Below are positions 24,961 through 37,835 of a stretch of 64,000 nucleotides of DNA, piece by piece. The position numbers and the translations under genes are program-made. The stretch's first letter is position 1. Each line of letters starts with the position of its first letter. A model generated the notes under the pieces. The model was given only the letters and a program-made list of their open reading frames with translations, was not told the origin of the DNA and did no database searches. Source of the DNA: Eutreptiella sp. 'Long Island Sound 2002' (Eukaryota > Protista > Euglenida); contig OZ038378.1 of the NCBI GenBank assembly GCA_964036045.1, positions 198,028,001 to 198,092,000 on the forward strand, given 5' to 3'.

Positions 24961-27900
24961 TTGCAAAGGGAGGGGGGGGGGGGGGGTACCAGCCCTACCT
25001 GCTCGCGCACCACCAGCTTTTTCCACAGCACGTTGCACATCAACTCTAGCGTGATCATGGGCATATTGGCCCTCCAGGGCGCTAGCCACACCTTGAACGG
25101 CTACCGATCCGTGGGTGCCATTTCACAAAGCCACACACGTTTGGGCAAGTTGTTGCACTACGTGCGCACTGCATGTGCATTGCGTGCCGTGCCCACACCA
25201 TGAAACCTAGCCAAGGAGGAAGGGAGGAAACCACCTTGCATTCATGCAGGCGTCACAAGGGTCTTCATATCCTTGGTGGTTGGTGGCCGTGGCCAAGCAC
25301 AATCTACCATTGCGTGAGTGTGTTGGAAGATGGTGGTAGCTTTCCGGGGACATAGGCATTCTGCCTTGACCCGATTGGGGCCCAACTTGTAGCAATATGC
25401 AGCGCTGTGTGGGCCGTTATTGATAAGCCATGCTATTGATTCGCGATGATCCGAGAGTGTGGATGAAGGGTTCAAGTGCTCGCTCATAAAGAGAATCCAC
25501 AAAGCATATTGTTTCCTAGAAATAGCAAGGCAATGGCCATGAAGGTTGGAATCTGGTTTGGAGTGTGTAACAACCCACCCGCCAATTTGTTGCGTTGTGA
25601 ATGTAGACGACGTCCGGTGATCCCCCATCATCATATTCCACCATCCACCTATAACAAAGAAGGTGCAGCAAAACCGGTTGAAAATGGGCTAAAATTGTTG
25701 AAAATGGGTGAAAATGGATGGCAATTCAAATGTGCCACATCCCCAATGCACAAGAAGCGTAAACAAATGTGGTATGGGACAACAAACTTCTGAAAAGGGG
25801 CCATAACTAGGGTTCAAGTCCCATGAAAGGACGTAGGCCCCTGCTAAAAGACCCCATTGCAAGATCCCCTTTGCCTAATTTTGAGTGGCGCCTGAAGGGA
25901 CTAAAAAGGGAATGCCGTGCACGCAGTGCCCACGCAGTGCAAACTTTTGTACGCCGGCCACTACTCCTTTGAAACGGGTCTTTATCGAAACGGGTCATTA
26001 TCCAGCGGCTTTGATTGATGTACATCATGTTCCCTCCCTAGCTCAGTTGGAATATTCAATCTTGATTAGGATCCCTGCCGCCAACCTTTCGTGGAGTTGG
26101 CCGCTACTTCAGCTAGCATTTCAATTTCACAGTTCATGACCAATTGAATGAATTCACATCTGAAATTGATGATGGAGGACTAAAAATCTACTGGTGAATT
26201 CTCCTTGAGGGGTGCACTTGTGGTGCATTTGTCTACTTGTGATGATGATGAGGCCTCCTCCACAGTGTTGCATTGCAATGGGCTTCAACAATAAAGCAGC
26301 TGCGTCAACATCACCATGTGCATTAGGTTCCTAAAGTGGGTCGCGGTAATGAAACGAAGTCCTCCATTGGTGCAAAATCGGACACCCTACCTGGAAGTTG
26401 TGCATGCACAGAAATACACAAATTGGATTGAGTTTCCACAAACATAACCATGTGTAGAAGTACACATGAACTGATTAGTTTCTCACACATAAATGGCAAC
26501 GAAGGGAGAAAACAAACAATGGCAAGGGAGGCCGTTCATACACGAGATGGACCACGGCACTCACAGCCCAATGGGGTGTCCACGAAACTACTCACCATCG
26601 CTTTCGATGGCAGCACGTCTAATCGTCACTGCCGGACTCATCAGAGGAAGTGGCCACTGAGTCGGAAGAATCGGTCTGAGGTGCAACGGCGGGCTTGTCA
26701 TTGCCTTAGGGAAACGTTTCCAAGGCCCTAGGGAAACGTTTCCAAGATGCCCCTAGTATCACGAAGTATGGATTTCTAGTACGACCAAATGGCCACATAG
26801 TTTGCGAAAGCACAAGAAGACAACTGCTTCAGACAACTGCGTGCACTGCGCCAAGGGCGCCCCCATGGTACTGAAAGTCCGCTGCACATTCTTGCAATGC
26901 CATGGTTGAGGTCAGGTATCAACAAAAGACTGCATTACCCACAGTCAAGAGACTTGTACACGATCATCATATATCACAGTCATATCATACAGTAGCATAT
27001 TCAGTCCAAACACCCCAGGTGCTGTGCCAAACTGCACGAAGATGGAGTTTTCATGCGGGCCGCATTGGATAATGCGAAATGGGACAGCGCCGCCATGGTG
27101 TGTGTTGCATGCTGGGCACAGACTGACTGATTGATTTTGTTTTTGTGCACCCAGCAGTCCTGAGTTCAGCGCCATGTCGGGGATGGAATCCATGCTAAGT
27201 CACGGTCCATAACAGTTTTACATGCTGGTCTGTCCGGGGGTGCTTTGCATAACGCCCCGAATTCCCAAAAGAGGTATGAACAACCATCAGGGTAAGCCTT
27301 GGGGCCACGTGTCTGCTGTCTGATTTGTGCCAAAGGGGAGCAAAATCCCTCCCATTGCAATTCCTCCTCCCCAGCTAGCTCAGCCGCAACATGCCTCGTG
27401 CCCTTCAAGGGCAACCACAAGGCCAGTGCATACTGGTGAATACGGAACTTTCGGCAGCACTGAACAGTTCATTTTGTGGCTGGGGTACATGCTAACCCAC
27501 CACATGTGACAGTAGCAGATGGGAGGTTCACACTCGGTAGGGGCAAAGGGAGAGCAGTGACAGTCTTATCCCGCGAGTCACTGTCACCTTGTTTTGCACA
27601 GTGTTGCTTCTCGGTCCCTCGCATTCATGGCTTCTTCGTTTTTCATGCATCCACCGGTCTTGAGTTCGGCCCTGTGTCAGGGGGTGGAATCATAGCAACG
27701 CCACAGTCTGCAATGGTGTTACATGCTGGGCTGGCCGGGGTGCTGTGCGTAACTCGCCCAGAATTCGCAGCAGAGGTATGAACAATGGGCTTCTTCAGTG
27801 GCAGCAAAGCACGGCAGTCATGGCAGATTCATCAGAGGCCCACACGGGGCACGGTGGTACTTCGCTGGATCCCTAACCACTGAAACCTTGGAGCCATGAA

Positions 27901-28237
27901 TGCGAGGGACCGCACGCAGACATGTGGCCCTAAGGCATACCCTCCATAATATGTGCGGGAGACCGCTCCACACTTCTGCACCATTTGGCACGAAATCGCC
28001 CGAAATTTCTGTGCTCTGTGCATCGGATGCCATGTCTCCGTGACACCGTTTCATGTTATCACCGTGCGGCACGCCACAGAGGCGGCCATTATGAGGCACC
28101 ATTCCGCACATAACACACAGTAAGGGACAGGCAGGGAAGGTGTGAGGGCGAGCAGTATATGGGAGTGGGTGGCGAAGTGTTTGTACCCCCCCCCCCCTTG
28201 TTTTGTTCTGGTTCAGAGCTTGGCAAGCTGGCAAAGC

Positions 28238-28290
28238 GAGAGAGAAAGAGAGAGAGAGAGAAAGAGAGAGAGAGTGTGTGTGTGTATGTG
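28238..28290. repeat. Compound (GA)n(GT)n microsatellite
   Basis: Directly visible. Confidence 0.9.
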
Positions 28291-29249
28291 ACGCCCAATC
28301 ATTTTCGAAATCTCAAAGCGTTCGCTATCATACATCACCTCTCTACAGCAATGTCCGCACTGCAGCAATGCTTGGTCGTCCGCCTCCCGCGGCCTTCCCT
28401 CCCTCTCGGCGCGACACGAAGACTGTGTGTGTGTGTATGTGTATTTAGGAGCATAGGCCGTGCGCTTGAGGGCACATTCTCCCATCTGTGCTTCCCTGGT
28501 GTGTCACATGGCAAGGGTGCCTTCTGCACCGACACAGCTAGAGGCTCCACTGCTGCTTGTCATCATATTGGCAAGCTGGTAAAGCCCTCTTACCAGACGA
28601 TACTCAAGAAAATTCTCAGCATCAGGAATCAGAGCAGTCCAGTGCTATGATCGTCCCACAGCTCAGTGTGGTAGCAGACATCACAAGTAGGAAGGGCGAG
28701 CTAAATCTGAAACCAGAAGATGCAGCAGGAACTGCCACACCCGTAGGCATCCCAAGGTGCTACTGGAGCACATAGGAGACTGAAGACGGAGAAGAATCAG
28801 CGGGTTGCATTGTACACAGCAAGAACATCAGAGAGGGACTGGGAGACAACATGCAGGTAAAAAGTGATTGTATCCCCCCTCCTTGTAACCCCCACAGTGC
28901 CCAAAATGAAAAAAATGATGCCTCCTCCCCCCCCCACCCACCCTCGGTAGGCATATTGTCTATTGCGGAATGGGCTCCATGTGCCACTTTTTCTGGTGGG
29001 AAATTTGACCTTTAAGAGCGGCACATGCTCAACAAGGGCCACAGGGATGGATATAGGGAATGAAGCTCCGGATACTTAGCTAACGTATACCCCCGGGACA
29101 CAGGCATACGCTCATCACTCATCAGACTAGTAGGCTGGTCAGCTCGCCCCCCTCCCGCGAGGCTAGTTCGTACGACTTCCTCGGGCGTTTGGGTGAGAAT
29201 ATCTCTTCAAAACTCTCATCAGACACACTGTCACCCCTCGATTCATTGG

Positions 29250-32200
29250 ATATGTTTAACCCCCCAGACTGAGTGGAATCAGAGTCATATGAATCACGCA
29301 TTTCTTAGAAACCCAGCTCCCCAAATGGCAACCACCTCCTTCCAGGCCGGAACTTCCCATTGTGCTTTCTGGTGCCTTTGGCTGCATTTTGGTCCAAACA
29401 TTCGTTGCCATGTATCCCCACATGAGATGGAATCCGCTGCATAGACAAACTGTCCCCCAGCTGCCCCTGGGACCGGAGCTGAGACCATAGATCAACATGC
29501 GCCACTGGGCCCCTGAATCCCACCCATCTATGTCGACTCCATTCTCTGGTGAGGCACTGGTGAGGCCAAAATACACTAACTCCGAATCCATCACCAGATG
29601 TAGTGGCTGTCCTAGGCACTTTTTCTGGAGCACCCTTAGAGCGGCGGTAACCTCCGCTCTTGTTATTGATTGTCGTTGTGACACAAGGATGGGGGCTTGT
29701 TCATTGCGGCCATCACCCTCCCCAAACCAAATGCCATAGCTAGCAAACTCCACCACCCCTCTCTCATCTCTTGAACCATCAACGAAGGCCGTGTGAAGCA
29801 TTTCCGGCAGCATGTCTGCCCATTTTTCTGTCTTGGGCACTCTCATCTTTTTGGACCTTACTATCACACTCTGGGGTTGCACGGGGAACATTTGGGTCCC
29901 CTCAACAAACCATTCCAAACTTAGCGACCACATCTGCTGCCAACGGCATAAATTTACACCTAGAGAACACATGTCTAATGGTTTCCAAGATAGAGCAACG
30001 GATACACATCGGCTGATGATACACCGCCTTTGTGCGCACCCCTACCGCCAACTTTTTACACGGCGCTTTCCTCATAAAATCTCGTTGCGCCCCCGGCATG
30101 AATAGCCCAAATTGCTTCCAAACGTCACGGGACTGCCTCACCTGTGGTGGCTCCAACGGCCGTAGAGCCACCAACAGTTTGAATGAAGGTTTCCTCCAAC
30201 ACGTCGGTCCAAATCGGCAACGACAATATGTAGGGCACCTCCGCTTGATAGACAGGCTGCCATGGGGGGGGGCAAAACAACATCCTTTCTCAGCCCAGCC
30301 CACTTCCACAATATGACACAAGGTCGGCACTCCTTTTCTGGCCAGCTTAAGCGAGAAATAGCGATGTCCTGCCTCATTGCGAAAATGAACGTTGTGCCAC
30401 CCGGCATGTTCTCCGGCGCCCCTGCCAACGGCGGTGGGGCTGCTTTTTGTTGTAGCCTCGAAAACATGTAGCAAGATGCTTGTAGCCATGTCTTAACTCC
30501 CATGCGCACTATTCCCACCTGTGTGTGCAGTACAAAAGCTGGCACTAGCAACAGACCCACACATGCCGCCCACGTCTGAATGGCTCGAGCCATGACCCTC
30601 AAAAATGCAATTTCTCTCATGACCATTTGAAAGAGTTGTCCAAATTGAAAGGGTACCCATACTACCAGTGGAAATGTAGACACCCCCCCTTGGTCTATTG
30701 GCCGAATCACGAGGTTTTTCCGGCTACTCTAGCCCATCAAGTTGGGATCAACACCACGGTTCATTGGTTCCGCAACCATTGCTGGATTGATATCACATGA
30801 TGACATCCCCAAGGCCATCTTGTAGATGACGTTCAGCGCTAAAAGTACTTTCACAGAGGGTTCAAGGACTTTTGTTGTCAACTGCACCACCAGCCGAATC
30901 CATGTCTTAAAGATTGCTACCTTTTTGCTCAACTCTAACGGCAAAGTCTTTTGGAACGCTACCTGGACATTCATTTTTGCCATAGAAGGGGCGTATACTT
31001 GCTCGGCATTGAGATGTCCAATTTGGACCCCTACGTAGCATACCTTCTCTTTGACCACAAGACCCACATGCGTCATCGGGATCGCCTCTGTTGGTTCTTT
31101 TAGTAAATGACTTCTTCTCATTGACTTGCAGCCCCGAAAACTTCCCAAATTCCAAAAGTTGTGCCATACCCGCTGCCGCTTGTTCTCGCGCCTCGCACTC
31201 TGAACCTGTTATCCAAATGAGTAAATTGTCTGCATACAACATCAATCTCACCCCCGGGTAGGCCTTTTTGAACCGATAAATGAGGAACACCACGAAAAGA
31301 GAGGACATCGGTGGCAACCGCACCCCCCTCGCCAACGACCTAGGGGGAGTCTTTGCACTGCGCGCGCACTGTGCGCGCACGTCGCGCGCACTGCGCGCTA
31401 CTTTTAGACTATGTTCCCCCCAAAGAGCCCCCAAGCACACCCCTTGGAAACGCCCTTAGAAATAAGTGACCCAAACTGCCCCACCTCTTTCCGCCCATCG
31501 AATTTCAGCGACAACACCATTCAAGCAAGAACGAACACAATGCACACTTGCCCACCAAGCCTCCTCAGAGCACCCTGTTGCTCCAAAGAGGAGATGAGCA
31601 CACCTATGAGGTGGAGTGTGCTTGAGGAAGAAAAAGAAGCGGAACAAATGTTCGCGTGGAAGTAAATCATCATGCCCATACTTTAGCCAAAACTCCTCGG
31701 CAGAGTGGGCATCAATACCCATATAACTGATTTGCATCCTTAAGGACCGAGTTCCGCCACAACGCTTAATCCACCACTCAACACCATCTTTTTGCAGGTC
31801 AAGAGGGTGAGCTCCGGTGCTTTTCTCATGTACATGGAGCAACATCTCCAGGATCTTGTCTTCCGTTTGTTTGTTCATTTTTGCCACCTCCTCCTTGGTG
31901 AATGTTCAAGGTTCATCGGGTCACCCCTGCATTCTCAGGGGTCCCCAAACAAAGGGGGACAAAATCAGAAGTCAAAACCTCCGCTAGGGGTCACCATGAT
32001 GCCCCTAGGGGCCCCTAGTATCTCAAAGTATGGGTCTCTAGTACGGCTAGACGCCCAAATAGTTGCATTGCGCGCGCACTGCGCTTGAGGCGCCCCCCTA
32101 ACACAGCTGCGATATCCCACGGCATGCCCAAGTGTTATAGTGTTGCCTCGAAGACGCTGTGTGGGACCAAATCATAAGCTTTAGCAAAATCAATTGATAG

Positions 32201-32340
32201 GAACATACCATCTGCTGCCGATTACCACACGTGTCGCTCAAACACAAAGCACGGAACTTTTGAATTGGACCCGAAAATCTTGGCATTGCTAATAATCTTG
32301 CTGTAAATTTTCCAGCCGGCATGCCAAGCAATCGCTCATG
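29250..32340 (-). mobile_element. 5'-truncated non-LTR retrotransposon, order RT - zinc knuckle - RNase H, interrupted by a Harbinger derivative
   Basis: WKIYSKII and SIDFAKAYDLVPH (~32300-32160). RGVRLPPMSSLF, LYADNLLI and GLQVNEKKS (31320-31120). CIRCSILETIRHVFSRC (~30000). AFVDGS...YGIWFG...RAEV.AAL...VMDSEL...HVDLW...PSHVGIHGNE (29800-29380). Confidence 0.85.
31343..32097 (-). mobile_element. PIF/Harbinger deletion derivative (755 bp) retaining the transposase N-terminus
   Basis: CTA|GGGGGAG ... GCGCCCCC|CTA gives a CTA TSD. ORF 31887-31456 has PREHLFRFFFFLKHTP...W......LNGVVAEIRWAER, resembling the HTH region of ISL2EU/Harbinger transposases. It splits the LINE RT. Confidence 0.7.
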
Positions 32341-34399
32341 AAATCCCTAGGGATGCAAAAAAAAAATTGAAGGGATTTTTCGACCGAAATCCCGACCAAA
32401 ATCCCGAAACTTCTACCAAAGTTGGGAGCGGCCCTTCCGAAATTCCATGGGATGCAAAAACATCGGAAGCGTTTTTGGATGGATTTCCGTCCAAAAACGC
32501 TAAGCATGACAAAACAAAAGCCCCCACCCCCCTAGAGCCGTTGATTTTGAACAAAAAGCCCCCCCCCCCCCCCGGGCTTTGGGCATCCACTCATATACAT
32601 ATGAAAGTACTATACAATGCTCCGCCACTCCTCAAAGAGAATTTGCCCCGGTTACCATGGCCAAATGGGGACAATCACAGGTCCCCAATCCTAGAACCGA
32701 CTCACGGAGCGCCAGGTTCCCCTGCAAATACATAAGAAACTACCATACAATGCTCTGCCACTTCTCAAAGAGAAGCTGCACCGGCTACCATGGCCAGGCG
32801 TGGCCAATCACGGGTCCCCATGTTTGTGCACAAAGACAAAGGACTGGGGTGGTCTTTCAATCGCAAATTCATTAGGTTGTGGATTGCAGGCATTCAAATA
32901 ATGCTACGGTGCTATGCAGGCCCTCCAAGGCCATCCATAGAACCCTGGGGTAGGGGCGTGTTCGGCATGGAGAGGCAGTACTTCGAGCGGGAAAGTCTGA
33001 TGGGTGTGACAAAGCAGGACCTCCCAGGCCACAGAAACCCGTACTTTCAATAGCAAATTCATTCGCTTGTGGCATCCCGTGTTTCCCAGGCATCCAATCA
33101 CTGCTACCTAGGCCCTCGAAGGCCAAAGGCACCTGTACTTTCAATCGCAATGTGTTTTGCCCCATGCCTCCCATAGCCCCTAGGGTAAGCGTATGTCAGA
33201 GGTGTGTAACGGCGTGACAACCTGGCAATAAGATAAAAACAAAAGTTTGGGTGGGTTGTAAGGCTCACGATTCTTGAACCATTCAACCAGCATGGGTTGG
33301 TCAAAGTTGAGGGTGGGCAACACCGTTTTGTTTTGATTGGTGGCCATAAACAACCAATCATCATGAGCCGCAGGATCCTCCTCGGTTACCAACCCTGCCT
33401 GCTCGTCTAGAAGAATCCGTTCCTCGATTGGGAAAGGGCCAATCGCCAAATTTTTGTAGGCGGTGCTCCCCACTCCCCACGGGTCGTGTTTTGATGGGCT
33501 TGTGTCCCCTACGAAATAATTTGTCGTTTTGCACTTGACGGAGAAACGTTTGTTCAAGGTAGTAGGGAAAACATTATTTCGTGCATTTACGTGTGGGTCG
33601 GACGGAAAGATCCTCGCCAAAAGACACTTAAACATATTTGGTTGCACATAGGGCTGAAGCTCCGTGCACTACGTAGTAGCGGGCAAGGATTCACTGTAGA
33701 CGTGTCTGGATAATCATAATGGAAGGTGTTTTCGATATTGACACTATTCGCATCGACAAGGGAGAGAACAACAAACAATCAAAACCCCAACCAAAAACCA
33801 AGCCTGCTGGCAGCAGCCACCCCCCACATAGGCCACGGTAGCACCCGTATTTGTACTCCATCCTTCCCGCCTTAGACCGAGGTCAATCCTGCAAGTAGGG
33901 CGCCCACCGGTGCACCGCGCCTACATCCGGCGGCCTTCGGTTTGTTTGGTTGCACGCCTATTGTCTGCCCCCGCTAATGCCTCTCCTGTTTGTGGCTCAC
34001 CACGGGCCATCTGAGTGAGTGTGCATGTGTCTGGGCCTAGCCGAAGTCACCGCCGTACGGGTGGATGGACAGGGGCGTCGGTTGGGGGTGTGGGTGCCCT
34101 GGCAAAAGCGAAGTCTGTTGTGGGGTTGTGGGGTGCAGCGACAACAACGAGGTGCGCTGGTGTGTCACCGCACCTGGCATTGTGCTTTGACGGGGATGGT
34201 AGTACACACACCTGAGAAGTGTAGTACGAGTACAGGGGCCCCAGACTAGCGGAGTTGCCGGAGTGGCAAGGCACCGGTGCCGTCGTGCCCCTCCCCCCCA
34301 GAGTGTTGCATCCCACCCAATTGGTTGTCAGAGTGGGAGGTCCCCGAGCTGCAGCTCTTGGGACATGCCCCCCAGTCCCCTTGGGACAACGACGCTGAG

Positions 34400-34425
34400 A
34401 CTTAGGCGGCTCTATACGCACGTAG
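34400..34425 (+). repeat. Left terminal inverted repeat of the Academ-like element
   Basis: Exact reverse complement of 40895-40920. Confidence 0.9.
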
Positions 34426-35080
34426 CAAAGTTGCCACAGTTCCCAAATGGGTACCACCCCAAAACGGGGGCTGAAAAACCACTTTGAAAAATTGCACAAT
34501 TGTGCCTTGCAGGGAACACCCCCAAAAACTTGTGAATTATCCAAAATGACTGTGTGTAGGGGGTACAACATGTGCCAGTCAAAAGTCATGTATCCCCTTC
34601 AAATTTGGGCACTGCAGTGTCCATCCAAAGAAAAATCCAATTCTTCGAAATCATCCGCTGCTGCATTTCAAACCACACCGTAAAATGCAACCTGAAAAAT
34701 GAAGCAAGGAGGACGACAGGCAAACACATGCAAAACTCTGGTTTGCTTTTTGTTACCGCGTCTGCTGACCCAGTCACTGTGATTGTATGCGAAGCGTGAC
34801 AAATAATGCACCACCAGTGGTGCCGACAAACAACGGAGGCGCCGCCAGTGCAGCCAATGCAATAATAAATGACGGCAACAATGCCTGCAAAAGAAGTGGC
34901 GCAGCAGGGGTAAAAAAATGGCGAGTCGCTGAATTTGGGCACTGCAGCGCCCAAAATTACCAAAACATGAAAAAGGGCACCAATCTCACACCTGCATAGA
35001 ACAGGACGCGCGACAGTGTGCAAATCGAGGCGAAAAAACTACTGACATGGACACAGGCAGTGCCAACCGCACAACGCAGT

Positions 35081-37754
35081 CTACTTCTTTGGTGGAGCCT
35101 TCTTACCCTTGGCCTGACCTACTTTGGCGTGAAACATATTGAGGGGAGTGCTGTCCTTGGCCTTTTTGGCTGGCCTTTTGGGGGGATCATCAACCTCATC
35201 CCCACTGTCGTCGGAGGACGGCTTCTTCTTGCTGGGGGTGCTCCTCTTCTTGCTGTCACCACCTCCGACCAGCACGATCTCGTCATCCTCCTCTTCCTCC
35301 ACATCGTCCCCCCCCTCCTCATCTTCCCCTTCCCCAGGCCGCTGCACCACAACTGGCATACAGTCCCTAATCCTTGGCATCCAAGCGTCCCGGTTAACCA
35401 AGTAGACACAGTCCATCTCCTGCACATACGCCGCTAGCTGTTCACAGAACTCGTTAAACAAACCCTGGCGCCCAGTGAAGCAAGCTGCCAGACAGGGGGA
35501 CTCAAGAAGGCAGGACAGGAGCTGTGCTGGCAATACAGGCGATGCTGTCAAAAGCAGGAGCCAGACTTCATCCTCGGACTGTCTGTCGCGTCGGGGAACA
35601 ATACCAAGCACACGCAGAAGCCAACCAGCCGCTGCCAGACCAATGGTGCTGCCGTATGCACCCTGATCGCAAATGAAAATATTCGGGACCTTCACCCTAA
35701 ACTTGTCGGGCACACAGAAGCAAATAGTCCTCTCCTCGAACCGATAGGTCGGGTGACCGACTGCCTGATCAAAAAAAGAGGTCATAATATACTGCCAGCC
35801 TCCACACTCCTCAGAGTCGCGCAATTGATTAACCAGGAACTTAACGTCGGCCGCCATTCCACCAATAGCCACAGGTACCAACTTCGCAGCAACCTTCAGC
35901 ACCAGCGGATGGATATCGTCCATTTGTTCCTTCGTACACTCAATGAAGACCTGTTGTCAAAAGCACATTTCATTACAGATGGGCACTGCAGTGCCTAAAG
36001 TGACCAGCAATGCGAAATCGATCCCATTCTTATGCCTAATGGTTGCATACCGCTTTGCACTCCCTCAATGCAATCGTATACGGGATAGCCTTGCCAGGAA
36101 CCAACGCAATTGCCTCTGCCCGAGCTCCGGTTGCTTCAGTCCCATCGTGCGGCTTGTTGAGCCAGATAGTTGTTGATTTCTCCCCATCAGTCGTTGTCAC
36201 TGCAGTTTCCTTGACAGGCCTCGCCAGCGCAATCCTCAAGTCAACCCGTTCCTCATCCTGCCACAGCGGTGCTTTCTGGATGGTGTCCCAGCTTGGTAAG
36301 GGATTTTCGGCACTCCGGGTCCATTTCCCCAGTGACAATTTGGCGGCCCTCAGCGACTTTGCCAGCAGTTTGCGGACTCTTTGCATTTCATGCACGTTCA
36401 CTGTTAGAACAGGAGACCACTGGTACCACTGGGATCGAAACAGCCTTACGTCGTGGGTCCGGGGGGGGAGGGGGGGTCAACAGCGATCGCGCCAGACCCT
36501 GCCGCCCCATAAACATACGTCGAGAAGGATGGATGAGCGTGTTGTCCGGGTGAAGGTACAGCATCTCCCACAGGCGGTCCCGCTTCAATAGTCTGGCCTT
36601 GGCATGTAGTCCTGCGATCTTGGCCCCATCTCCAGCCATGTACAGCAGTATTTCATCCATCTGGTCACCATGCAGTCCCGTCAACGGCCGCAGAGTGTAG
36701 GGGTTGAGCACTGCAGTGCAAAAATTAGGGTCGCATCGAATTTGGGCACTGCAGTTCCCATGATCACCAAAAGACGACGAAAACAGGTGCTCAGAGGACA
36801 TAATACCTTCACCGGCAGTCTTCTCAAAGGTGTCAATAAACTCAGCCACGCGGCCACCAGATATCTGCAGTAATGAAACGAGCGGTCTCCAATTTTTCCA
36901 GATTGAGTCCTGGCAGGGATACAGTGTTGGACAGGCCACAGGTACGCAAAGGACTGACAACGGTGGTCTCATCGTGCATCTCTCATACCACAGATGTTTT
37001 CTCGCCCAGCCGGCCACACTTCCGCAGAGCCACCAGCAGCATCTCTTTCGCTTTGCCCTTCTGCACTTCAGTGCAAATTCGAGCGGCCACTTGTCCCATA
37101 CTCAGCTTGCTCACTGAGTGTTGTACCGCATTGTGATCGCCTCCAATAATCTCTCTGATGCCAACAGGACAGTCGTGTCTGATCTCCTCGCAGTAGACGT
37201 GTTGTAACCAGTCCGGCAGTGCCCGTGACTTCTCACAGTATTCTCGGTGAAGTCTTTGGAGTGCCGTCAGGATATGAGCCCCGCCCAAGCAGTAGGGAAT
37301 TTCAGCTGATAGAAAAATGCACCACAGGGAGATGGGAGATGGGAGATATCAGCGAGATGGGCACTGCAGTGCCCAAACGACCAGACTGTGTGAAAATAAC
37401 GACGGGCGTGTGACAGGATGGTAGTGTACCTTCGTTTCGCCATATGAGAATGTTTGAGATAGGCCGGCAGGGTGGATTTGTCCTCAGGCTTGCGATCCGC
37501 GATAGTACTCAGTCCTCGTCCCTCTCTCTGGTCTGCCCACGCGTGAGGTCGGTGTCAAACTTTATCTTGGTCAGCTGTATCTTGACCAGCTCCTTTTTGA
37601 TCCACGTTGTCCGGAATGTTTCCGTTGCCCGGTCTGTCCCCGTCCGCTTCACTGGAGCCTGCCCCGGCTGCGCCCGTGTCTTCTCTGCTGTGTGAACGGC
37701 TTGCGATACGGTCTGCTGCTCATCCCCTTCCGGCAGTTCGGTATCCGAAGGCAT
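35081..37754 (-). CDS. Six-exon accessory gene of the Academ-like element, ~726 aa, unknown function, one in-frame TGA
   Basis: Exons 37754-37430, 37305-36989, 36864-36807, 36710-36450, 36400-36051, 35950-35081. Five phase-compatible GT-AG introns (124, 124, 96, 49, 100 nt) join five separate ORFs. TGA at 37511-37509. Acidic tract and basic NLS-like C-terminus. Confidence 0.65.
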
Positions 37755-37835
37755 AGCTTAGCAAAGGGGCTAACAAAGGGTCACACGACACACTACAAAA
37801 GGCCACGGGGCTGCAAATTGTTGATTTACAAGCTT

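Noticed and set aside
25240-25640. LINE zinc-knuckle remnant (CLCP...HTHAMVDC)
   Set aside because: A single degenerate motif with no supporting RT or RNase H context.
34586-35023. Cys/His-rich ORF as a PHD finger or third Academ gene
   Set aside because: Cys spacing does not fit a PHD, the ORF spans two palindrome copies, and no convincing start or splice model was found.
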